The notes beneath the pieces are model-generated. The model did not search any database. It was not told the origin of the DNA and saw nothing but the letters and a program-made list of their open reading frames with translations. From a virus, in the IMG/VR virus record IMGVR_UViG_3300027985_001623, positions 34,504-98,503 of that record: a stretch of DNA of 64,000 bases. One strand, 5' to 3'. Below are positions 10,527 to 18,768 of this stretch, piece after piece (the stretch's first letter is position 1; every line of letters starts with the position of its first letter). A program made the position numbers and the translations under genes.

Positions 10527-11375
10527 CTAGCTACAAAATCCTTTCAGGCTTCCCAACGATATTCGGCCCCACTGTGCCGCGGCAGCCGAGGCCGCACTAG
10601 CCAGCGCTGTAGCAGCCGCGGCCGAAGGGGCAACCGCCGGGAACGTGCCGGCCAGCGCCCCCCAAGACGTGGCGTCGGCAGTCGCACTTGCTGCAAGACT
10701 CGATAACATGGCCGCCGCTCCGGAGCCCGCAACTGTCGGATCGTTCACGCGAGCAATCCCCAAAGTCGCCGACTCGCCAATCTTCATCAATGGGGCGTCC
10801 AACGTAACGTTCGCTGAGCTGGCGATATTGACCTTCGCTGAACCCGTGATTTCCACGGTCGTATCAGCGGAAATCACGACCCGCGAACCGCCTGTCGCGA
10901 CGACCTCAAAAGTGGAGCCTCCAGAAAGCTCAATCTTGACCGCACCGCTTTGGCGCGCAATGACACGCACCGTATTACCGTCTTCAAGGCGAAACGTGGG
11001 CATTGACGTGGGCTCATCCGTGGTCGGACTATCGTTCTCAGCGAGCTCTATCGGCGGCTTCGCCCCAGCGTGCCAGAGCCGTGAAATTATGATCGGGCCC
11101 TCCCCTGGGTCACCTTGTGGCGTGACCACGGCAATGAGATCCCCCGTTTTGAGCGGAACGTACCCGCCGAATCCATCACCAACGTACCCAGAACCAATTA
11201 GCGCCGTGTCCGTCTCACCATCCGGCAGATAGGTGATGTCCGCAAAAAGGCCCTTTTCTGGGTCGAATCCGAGTTCGGTGACCTTGGCGCGAGAAACCCA
11301 AGTCCGGGGGTCTATCCCCGGGCGAGACACCAGTGCCGAAAGTCGCCCCGCATCAACTGAAGAAGGTTGACGCAT
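10527..11375 (-). CDS. baseplate spike (gpV/gp45-like)
   Basis: OB-like N-terminus (PLKTGDLIAVV..GDP..PIII), beta-strand repeats, IARVND tip motif. Confidence 0.75.
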   Translation of the reverse strand: MRQPSSVDAGRLSALVSRPGIDPRTWVSRAKVTELGFDPEKGLFADITYLPDGETDTALIGSGYVGDGFGGYVPLKTGDLIAVVTPQGDPGEGPIIISRLWHAGAKPPIELAENDSPTTDEPTSMPTFRLEDGNTVRVIARQSGAVKIELSGGSTFEVVATGGSRVVISADTTVEITGSAKVNIASSANVTLDAPLMKIGESATLGIARVNDPTVAGSGAAAMLSSLAASATADATSWGALAGTFPAVAPSAAAATALASAASAAAAQWGRISLGSLKGFCS

Positions 11376-11376
11376 A

Positions 11377-13299
11377 TTATCGACTCCTCAGTGGTGAACG
11401 TGGTGGTGGTGTAGCGGTCACAACGTGGTCACCCTCGACGACTGTGTGGCTGGCTTTGATAACATGATCGCCTTCGACCATAATCGACGTTGGTCTTACC
11501 TGCCCGCGGTCTCGGCGTTTTTTGGATTTTCCAGCCAGTCCCGCCGTAATATTGTGGTCTTCAGTAAATACTATATTATCGTCAGCTGCGAACTCGGTAA
11601 CATCGCTCCAACGCGCTACCACGTAATTGACAAAATCAAGACCGATCTTCATTCCAGCATTATCGGTCCACGTGTACTTTACGTTGGTCACCAAAAAGTA
11701 GTTTTGTAGCTCGTTGATCTGCGAACGAGACGTCGCGACAAGAACCCTGGCAAGCGTGTTGTTACCCAAAGTCTGCGTCAGGACGTCAACCTGTTCCTCA
11801 AACGACGTTCGGTGGTGGTCAGTGAGAGTAGAAACGAGCGGCGCGCCAGACCGAACCGCGCGTGTGTCGACGAGCAACTCAACGCCATCTCCGGGAGCTA
11901 GCGTCAGCAAATCCGGATCAGTCATGTCTCCGCCGAAACTGGCCAGATTCGAGGTTTCGATCGTACCCCCCATTTCCGCGCGACCGACTTGATTGAAGAT
12001 CGATTTAGCGATTTCCACCAGACGCTCAGGGTTCGTAATCCCAGGCACGCGGACATTAACGATCTCCTCCATTGGTGGGGCTTTGCCAGGCGCGTACTTG
12101 GTCGACTTTGGCGGATCCACGCGTGGGGGCCACAAACCGTAAACCATCGTCCCCCCGACCTCCCCAGAATCTGGGTCATGGCAGAATGTTCGGATCACCT
12201 TCGGCTTTGCCCAACCCCCGAACTTTCGATGATACGCCATCGAAAGAACATCACGACCGTAAACGAGCCGTCGAAATCGAAGAGCTGGGCTAATCAGCGT
12301 ATTCGATACGGAATCAATTAAACGCTCTCGACCATCTGCAAAAGGCGTCGGGTTAGTAATCGGATCCACGGGGCCACGAAGCTTATCGTAAACCGTAGAG
12401 CCGGACCGAATAATCAAGTGCCCTACGCCATTAAAATAAGGAACGCCCCCAACGAGATAGCAGAACCGGACAATTAGGTCCCAAAAGCTCATGCTGCTCC
12501 CTAGCACGTTAGATGGCGGAGAAGGTCGCCCGCCTCTACGTTTTCCCTTTGCGCCTCTGCGATGTCGAGGAACGTCTTGTAAGCCTGCGGGGGCCGGAAT
12601 AACGCCACCTGGCCAATCGTTACGATTTGAGTAGACCGTGAACGCCTCGAAGAAAGGGTTAAACGCCAATATGTCCGCGACAACTTGATCGATGGGCTTC
12701 GACAAATCTAAGCTGTCCAGGAGCGTGCGATCCGCCCCAGGCAAAACGTTGATCGGTGTGTCCAGAAGTACGCCACGCATATCACGGCCCGTGAGCTCGA
12801 CAGTGGACCCTGAATCGCCGTGAAGAACCTCCCAGTCATCCACCACCCCGAGCATTCGCATAGTGTTGGTGTTTGGGCTCCCTGAATCAGTCAGCGTCCT
12901 TAGGATTGACAGCCGCGCACCATTCACCTCAACGCCGCGCATCCCTCGTGCGAAATCTCCAGGGGCAACAACTCCCGTGTGCAATTCAACAGACGCTGCG
13001 GCTACCGTACGCGGGTCAATTGGCAACTCCCGAAAGTCAAACGTGGCCTTCCACTTCCCAGCTTGGCGGTATCCAGGAAATTCAATCTGTGCCGATTTTG
13101 GAACGCGCTGGAGAACCGAAGAAAGCTGGGCGTCGCCCGTGCGCAAAATCAAGGGCTGAGAAACCTTGACGGCGCCTGTCTTGGAAGGGTTTTCCAGCCC
13201 GTCCTCCGTGCTTACCGGCTTACCGTCAGTCGTTATCGTCAAGTTCTCGTCAAACTTGATCCGAAAATTAACGACCACTGACGGAATAAACGTGCTCAT
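11377..13299 (-). CDS. baseplate hub (gpD/gp27-like)
   Basis: VELTGRDMRGVLLD motif, size and position between LysM protein and spike. Confidence 0.75.
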   Translation of the reverse strand: MSTFIPSVVVNFRIKFDENLTITTDGKPVSTEDGLENPSKTGAVKVSQPLILRTGDAQLSSVLQRVPKSAQIEFPGYRQAGKWKATFDFRELPIDPRTVAAASVELHTGVVAPGDFARGMRGVEVNGARLSILRTLTDSGSPNTNTMRMLGVVDDWEVLHGDSGSTVELTGRDMRGVLLDTPINVLPGADRTLLDSLDLSKPIDQVVADILAFNPFFEAFTVYSNRNDWPGGVIPAPAGLQDVPRHRRGAKGKRRGGRPSPPSNVLGSSMSFWDLIVRFCYLVGGVPYFNGVGHLIIRSGSTVYDKLRGPVDPITNPTPFADGRERLIDSVSNTLISPALRFRRLVYGRDVLSMAYHRKFGGWAKPKVIRTFCHDPDSGEVGGTMVYGLWPPRVDPPKSTKYAPGKAPPMEEIVNVRVPGITNPERLVEIAKSIFNQVGRAEMGGTIETSNLASFGGDMTDPDLLTLAPGDGVELLVDTRAVRSGAPLVSTLTDHHRTSFEEQVDVLTQTLGNNTLARVLVATSRSQINELQNYFLVTNVKYTWTDNAGMKIGLDFVNYVVARWSDVTEFAADDNIVFTEDHNITAGLAGKSKKRRDRGQVRPTSIMVEGDHVIKASHTVVEGDHVVTATPPPRSPLRSR

Positions 13300-14408
13300 T
13301 CAAAGCCAACCTTTCCAATACCTTGCCCAGGATTAGGCTTCGGAATAAGGACAATCTGCCCCGCAGTAAGCTCCGCGGAAGACAGATTGTTGAAAAGCAT
13401 AATTCGTTGCCACTCGTAAGGCGTATTGTAGTACTTTTTCGAAACGTCGCGTAAATCTTCGCCGGCGCGCGCGGCATAGGTAGCAAGAATATCACCGTCC
13501 ACTTGAGTCGAAAGCTGCTGCGCGTTCTCGTTAGCTTGACTCTTCATGAACTTGGCCCACGCTTTCATTTCCTGCCGATACCGCTCGGCTTCAAGCTTTT
13601 CTTCAGGCGACTGCGACCCAACCGGGTTGGTCCCGTTCATAGTGCTTGAGACCGTGCTGTCTAAATACGCAGCCATCAAGTCGGCTTCCGCGCTAATGCT
13701 CCCGAGTATAGAGATCAACCCTTTAACCGCGCGAACGGGAGCAAGAATGCTACGCACTGCCGACGCAATCTGATCCTCTAAATTGTAAATTAAATTTTGA
13801 ATGCCGTTCACAAAACCAACGAGCTGGTTCGTGAACGACGTCAATAGGCCAAAGTTTATTGGTAGTCGAATACTATCGAGCAAATCAAAAGCGGAAAACA
13901 TCGATCCACCGACATCGCCCATCGACGTAAACGTATTAAACGTTGCAGCACCAATAGGCTCATCGCGGGCCACCCATGTGAAATCCATGGACCAGCCAAC
14001 GTCATTATAGTTATCCCAACTCTTCTCAAAATCTTCGAGAAACCCGATACGCACCGTTGTCAGCCAAGATACCCGGAGCAAGGATCCAACCCGGCAAATG
14101 TCATCGAAAATTTCGACAGCCTCAGAAGCTAAAAGAATCGGCCTATTATCAACCTGAAACGGGGGCGTATCCCCACTAAACGCCGTATTCAAGTACTTGG
14201 TCTTCCACATGCCCCGCAGCACGGTCGGGACTTCTTTTGAACCAAGCAACGTAGCAGTCCCTTGGGGAGAGCCCGGCAGCCAGGTGACCTCCATCCGCTG
14301 CTTGGTGCGCAACGTAAATGGTCGGTACGGCAAGGCGCGCCCGACAAGCGTTATTTCCCGTTTGTTGCCGGTCAATTCTTTGATGATGAACGGGCCTGCG
14401 GTTGGCAT
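13296..14408 (-). CDS. tail tube initiator with C-terminal LysM/gpX-like domain
   Basis: GEDLRDVSKKYY...WQRIMLFNNL...LTAGQIVLIP; follows tape measure. Confidence 0.8.
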   Translation of the reverse strand: MPTAGPFIIKELTGNKREITLVGRALPYRPFTLRTKQRMEVTWLPGSPQGTATLLGSKEVPTVLRGMWKTKYLNTAFSGDTPPFQVDNRPILLASEAVEIFDDICRVGSLLRVSWLTTVRIGFLEDFEKSWDNYNDVGWSMDFTWVARDEPIGAATFNTFTSMGDVGGSMFSAFDLLDSIRLPINFGLLTSFTNQLVGFVNGIQNLIYNLEDQIASAVRSILAPVRAVKGLISILGSISAEADLMAAYLDSTVSSTMNGTNPVGSQSPEEKLEAERYRQEMKAWAKFMKSQANENAQQLSTQVDGDILATYAARAGEDLRDVSKKYYNTPYEWQRIMLFNNLSSAELTAGQIVLIPKPNPGQGIGKVGFE

Positions 14409-14411
14409 AGC

Positions 14412-16550
14412 TTAGCGCACTCCAAAAATAGGGCTAAACCCAGATTCAAGTCGCTGCTCGCCGAGCTTGCCTAGGTCATTAGCAAACGCGACAGCGATTT
14501 GATCAGGGTTCATCCCCTCCTCGAATTTCTGTGTGATATCAAATCGGCTATACCGAAAATCCATCACCGCCCGGCCGCCCCCGCCGCGAGCTTTGGGAAC
14601 GGTCAAACTTCCTGCGTCCGTGGCAGGAACGTTTATGGCGGGTGCGTCAATCCGAGCCATCAATTTTTCGAGCCACGAAGGCCCGTCTGACGAACTCGTT
14701 TGGAGTCCAGAAAAGGCGGACTGCATCGAAATGCCCCCGCTCTTCTCAGTCTTGTCGGCAACGACCTTGAGAATGCTTCCGAGCCAAGCAATAAAATCAG
14801 AAATGACGTTAATAAGCGCCGTGAAAATATTGCTCGCCACATTAAAGACAGGCAAGAGCATTTTCAAAAAGACTTCGTAGAGCTTATATGCTGTTACGGC
14901 CAAGATTCGAATAACCGGATTCAAAAACTCGCCGATAGCTCGAAACAAGTTGCCCGCAGCTTTCCAAATCTGGTTCAGCGCCGGCCGCAACATAACGAGG
15001 AACACGCGAGAAACTTCGATAACGTGCCCGATGAAAATACCCACTGGCTCAGCAACGGCAAAAATCATCGACATGAACCCGCCCAGTGCATTGCCGAGCA
15101 CATCCCCGATGAGCGTAGCGACAGTAAATACAGCATTGCCAATCTGAGCCAGCGGTTCAAGCATCGCCCCGCCGTAAGCCGCCATCTGACTCAAGATGTC
15201 TGAAAAAAGCTGACCATTCGAGACGAGTTCGCCAATGACTACAGCAACGAGTGCGACCGGACCCGTCGCAGCACCAAGTGCTGCTAGCCCTCCCGCAGCG
15301 ACGCCTCCGGCTCCGCTTTTATCTGCCATGCTCGCGATACCACTGACAGCCTGGCTTGCTACAGACCCGACAGTGCCAAGAATCTTTTGAACTCCTGGCA
15401 TAGCAGCAACCTCTTGAAGTTTAGTGCCAAAGACACCAATAATGTTGATACCCGAACTAACTCCGGAAACAAGCGCTTCCGAAATCATTCGACCAACATT
15501 CACAACGCGCGTACCAATCGATTGCAAATGGCCATCCGAATCAAGGAGGCTATCATTAATCGCCCCTAAACTCGTTTTCATCGCGTCAAAAACAGGCGCA
15601 GTCCCGAGCCGCGTCAAGTACTCGATATTGGAGATCAACGCACCTTTCATTGCGTCGTAGCTGGTCTCCGCCCGATCCAGCATCGGTTGGAGCCGATCCA
15701 TTGCCTTGGCCAGCAAATCAGCGCGCTCGGGTGCGGTCATCTCGTTGAACGACCGCGCCGTGATGCCTGCCTGCCCCTCAAGCTTCCGTATGATCGGCAA
15801 AATAGCTTGAAACGACCGCACATTACCGCCGGCTCGGCCCTGATCGGCCTGAAGCATCAAGTTCAAATCGCGACCGGCCTGCGGAGCGTCAACACCGAGA
15901 GTTTTTGTGATCGCGGTGTAGCGGTTGGAAAACGCCGTCATCTTATCGAGCGTTCCACCAACCGCCCCTTGCAGCGCACCAAGCCCTGCACGAAAGACCT
16001 GAATGTACTCGTCCGCACTACCTGGCAACTTCGCCGCCGCAATGCGAATCTTCTCGATGACCGCCTCAGCATGGACCATCGACTTGTCAAACTCGTTAAC
16101 GATGCCCAAGCCAACTAAAAACCCGGCGATCTGAATGTGCGTCTTCTCGAATGAGTTTCCAAGTTCGGAAACCTTCAATGCCGCAAAACCAAGACCAAGT
16201 CCTGCAAGGGCAACACCGACCATGCTCAACGGGGACAAAAGTGTGGACAGTCCCGCCCCGATCGCTGAAATAGCCTCGCCACCCATCGAGGCCAAGCGCA
16301 TGAAGGAGGCCCCCACACCATGATTCGCGGCGACGAGGTTCTTCGCAGCCCCAATCGGCTGTCGATACGTTCGCTCAACGACGGACATCGTCACCCGCTG
16401 AGAAGCAGCAAAACGAGCCGACGCTGCGGAAGCAGCCGAAGCGGCCCCACCAGCCGCGTTCATCGTTCTCGTCAAGTGCGCCGCGGCAGCCGACGCTTTG
16501 TCGACAACCGTGAACGTAGTTCGTACTTCGCGCTCGACGTTGGATGCCAT
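14412..16550 (-). CDS. tape measure protein
   Basis: 712 aa Ala/Gly-rich amphipathic helical repeats; downstream of tail chaperones. Confidence 0.85.
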   Translation of the reverse strand: MASNVEREVRTTFTVVDKASAAAAHLTRTMNAAGGAASAASAASARFAASQRVTMSVVERTYRQPIGAAKNLVAANHGVGASFMRLASMGGEAISAIGAGLSTLLSPLSMVGVALAGLGLGFAALKVSELGNSFEKTHIQIAGFLVGLGIVNEFDKSMVHAEAVIEKIRIAAAKLPGSADEYIQVFRAGLGALQGAVGGTLDKMTAFSNRYTAITKTLGVDAPQAGRDLNLMLQADQGRAGGNVRSFQAILPIIRKLEGQAGITARSFNEMTAPERADLLAKAMDRLQPMLDRAETSYDAMKGALISNIEYLTRLGTAPVFDAMKTSLGAINDSLLDSDGHLQSIGTRVVNVGRMISEALVSGVSSGINIIGVFGTKLQEVAAMPGVQKILGTVGSVASQAVSGIASMADKSGAGGVAAGGLAALGAATGPVALVAVVIGELVSNGQLFSDILSQMAAYGGAMLEPLAQIGNAVFTVATLIGDVLGNALGGFMSMIFAVAEPVGIFIGHVIEVSRVFLVMLRPALNQIWKAAGNLFRAIGEFLNPVIRILAVTAYKLYEVFLKMLLPVFNVASNIFTALINVISDFIAWLGSILKVVADKTEKSGGISMQSAFSGLQTSSSDGPSWLEKLMARIDAPAINVPATDAGSLTVPKARGGGGRAVMDFRYSRFDITQKFEEGMNPDQIAVAFANDLGKLGEQRLESGFSPIFGVR

Positions 16551-16555
16551 GGGAG

Positions 16556-16807
16556 CTAGTCGATGTCCTGTGGGCTAAACTGACGTTTTTCGTCAGCCAT
16601 GATCTGTGCGATTTCCTCGGATAAAATCGCGAGTTCCGACATAGTCCGCTCAAGCAGAGACGGAATTTGCTGGTGCGCGTATCTGCCTAGGAAGGCGAAC
16701 ACCTGAAAGAGGCGTCGCTGGTGAGAAAACTCAGACCGCACCAAAGCCTGAGCAAGCTGGGCCAAGCTAATCGCTACCCGACCTCCGTTCGCTGACTGGA
16801 CAAAAAA
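16556..16807 (-). CDS. tail assembly chaperone GT extension (reached by -1 frameshift)
   Basis: ORF 16556-16765 (TTG start only) is open back to slippery heptamer T-TTT-TTG at 16807-16801 in the -1 frame of the upstream gene. Confidence 0.75.
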   Translation of the reverse strand, partial: FFVQSANGGRVAISLAQLAQALVRSEFSHQRRLFQVFAFLGRYAHQQIPSLLERTMSELAILSEEIAQIMADEKRQFSPQDID

Positions 16808-17157
16808 GACTTCGTGTCTCCGTCCTCAACGTTGTGAATTGCCCCGTACGCGGTAATCACCAACTGCCGCACCTTCGCCATACCCGGAGCCATGGAGGCC
16901 CAGAATTTATCGGTAGTGTTGTCCGCAGTTGTCATCCGCTCGTCGTTGATGTAGCGAAGACACGCCTTGGCCAGCTCGTAGCCAAGAGCGATCGGATCCC
17001 TCCCCGCTCGGGAAGTAGCCATGAGCTCCTCCTTTGAAAGAAGTTCGATGATCCCGATTTTTCGCACCCCACTCAGTTGAGCGAGAGCTTCGGGGACCTC
17101 GAACCAGTAGATGGGTCGCGTAATTTCGGGAGTTGTGAAGTTGATGTCCGGAGTCAT
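16774..17157 (-). CDS. tail assembly chaperone (G-like)
   Basis: 127 aa between tube and tape measure; slippery site near 3' end. Confidence 0.8.
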   Translation of the reverse strand: MTPDINFTTPEITRPIYWFEVPEALAQLSGVRKIGIIELLSKEELMATSRAGRDPIALGYELAKACLRYINDERMTTADNTTDKFWASMAPGMAKVRQLVITAYGAIHNVEDGDTKSFLSSQRTEVG

Positions 17158-17166
17158 GTGATCACC

Positions 17167-17601
17167 TTAAAGCGGAAGCACCTGAGCGTTGCTTGACGCC
17201 AAAGAGATCTTGAACGATCCAAAGTCAGAACGCGAGTTAAAGTTGAACGGTAGCGGGCCGAACTCCGCGTTGAGAATGACAATTCGCGCGCGCGCTCCCG
17301 AAGGAAACGACATCGTGCATTTGATGTTGATCTGCGTCCCCGGCTCGCGACGTCGCGCCTTATTGACGATGTCGAGCACCAACTTCAGAACGGCCGGACT
17401 GTCGAAATGGAACTCGGCCTCACCCTCGATGCCATCAAAAATGGCGTCATACTCCTGCGAAGTCTGACCAAGGTAGCCTTCTTCAAGAATTTTGTTCTTG
17501 AAGGTAAAGCTAAACGACTTCACGTGGTTTAGCGCGTCCTGAGGCTGCCCGTTAACGACACTTAGAATTTCGACCTCTTGTCCCTTAATACGCTGTCCCA
17601 T
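17167..17601 (-). CDS. tail tube protein
   Basis: 144 aa beta-rich; order sheath-tube-chaperone-TMP. Confidence 0.8.
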   Translation of the reverse strand: MGQRIKGQEVEILSVVNGQPQDALNHVKSFSFTFKNKILEEGYLGQTSQEYDAIFDGIEGEAEFHFDSPAVLKLVLDIVNKARRREPGTQINIKCTMSFPSGARARIVILNAEFGPLPFNFNSRSDFGSFKISLASSNAQVLPL

Positions 17602-17702
17602 GGTGATTCTCGACTTCCTGGTGGTCGCGCTCCGGGGGCGATGTCAGCTTTCAAGCGTTTCTGGCAAAGGCAATGGCAGCGCGTACCAGAAAGCGAAGGT
17701 GT

Positions 17703-17746
17703 AAAAAATAGGGCCCCATTCAGGTTTCAGCTGAATGGGGCCCTAT
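17703..17746 (-). terminator. strong intrinsic terminator
   Basis: 16-bp perfect stem ATAGGGCCCCATTCAG/CTGAATGGGGCCCTAT, 7-nt loop, T-tract on minus strand. Confidence 0.85.
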
Positions 17747-17793
17747 CCTCCGGAAGGAGTGCGACACCGTGACACGCCCCCGAGGCGAGTCCA
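17703..17793 (-). ncRNA. candidate ~90-nt small RNA
   Basis: promoter TTGCTG-17-TAGTCT (17827-17799) upstream, two small hairpins, ends in 16-bp terminator; no credible ORF. Confidence 0.5.
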
Positions 17794-17834
17794 TCTAAAG
17801 ACTACCGGCTTGACTCGGGAGCAGCAAGTAAAAC

Positions 17835-18062
17835 CTATGAATCGCCGAGAACTCTTTTGATTTCAGCCCAAAGTGTCATCCGAATAATGTCGGCGATCGC
17901 CAACGGAGTTCGACCGGGAGATCCCGCGTTTAAGTGGGCTTGAAGCTGCCGTAGCTTCGTATTGAGCGATTCATCGACACGCACCATGAGCTGGATATTC
18001 AAACCGCCGGGGGCTTTGCGCGGGGCGCCGCCTTTCGTTCGAGCGTTCTCCGGATTTTGCAT
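17835..18062 (-). CDS. ribbon-helix-helix-like DNA-binding protein
   Basis: IQLMVRVD strand, helix, then IADIIRMTL helix; basic N-term arm; ATG at 18062. Confidence 0.6.
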   Translation of the reverse strand: MQNPENARTKGGAPRKAPGGLNIQLMVRVDESLNTKLRQLQAHLNAGSPGRTPLAIADIIRMTLWAEIKRVLGDS

Positions 18063-18535
18063 AGCGCAACAATACAACTATACGAGCCGGGGGTTTGAAG
18101 TTTTTGTCAGAGTGCGCGATCCGCGACGCGAAGCGGACAGAGACCCGACGAAAAGCGCGAAGCGCTTTGAGAAGGGTCTCTGTAACTATCGCCTGAAATG
18201 TACGCTATAAGAGACAAACTTTTGGTTAAAGCTCGATGCAGCCCTGCCGGCCCGCATCTCGCTGAGATATCGTGAAAGTGATCTTTTGTCAACGTAAAAA
18301 ATCAGACCTCGATTTAACCCGGCTGGGTATGCGTCTAGGCTGTTTTTTATGAGCGATCAACGCGCTACACAATGATCGCCCCGTACGCAAGCAAACTGAA
18401 AAACCGCTCCGGGATCTAACCTCATTGTCCGGCTAAAAATCTATTTCAGCGTACGTCTTAAAATTTCGAGCTTCTTCAAAAATGGAAGCGTTGCGAACGG
18501 CGTTTTAGCTCTGTGTATCTCTTCGAATTCTGGAT

Positions 18536-18700
18536 AAAAAGAACCCCCGATAGGCTCGGGGGTCAGAGGCCTGCCGGTCGAGGCGAGGGCCGGCACCAGG
18601 TTCGTCGTTATAGCGGTAGAACCCCGCCCCACCCAGAGCGGCATCCGCTGGGATGCGTCGCGTACCGTTACGGCCAGGTGGATTGTCGTTGCAAGCAACG
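18536..18700 (-). ncRNA. candidate structured RNA ending in intrinsic terminator
   Basis: hairpins at 18687-18700, 18641-18656, 18613-18627, 18572-18595; terminator ACCCCCGA/TCGGGGGT plus TCTTTTT at 18563-18536. Confidence 0.45.
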
Positions 18701-18768
18701 CATATTGGAAAAGTAGCATAGTGCTTCGGGCAAATCTACTTTTTGTGTATTTACCCGAAATCGAGCGT

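Noticed and set aside
18441-18719. 92-aa ORF in the sheath-tube gap
   Set aside because: No SD, runs through an intrinsic terminator, no recognisable motifs.
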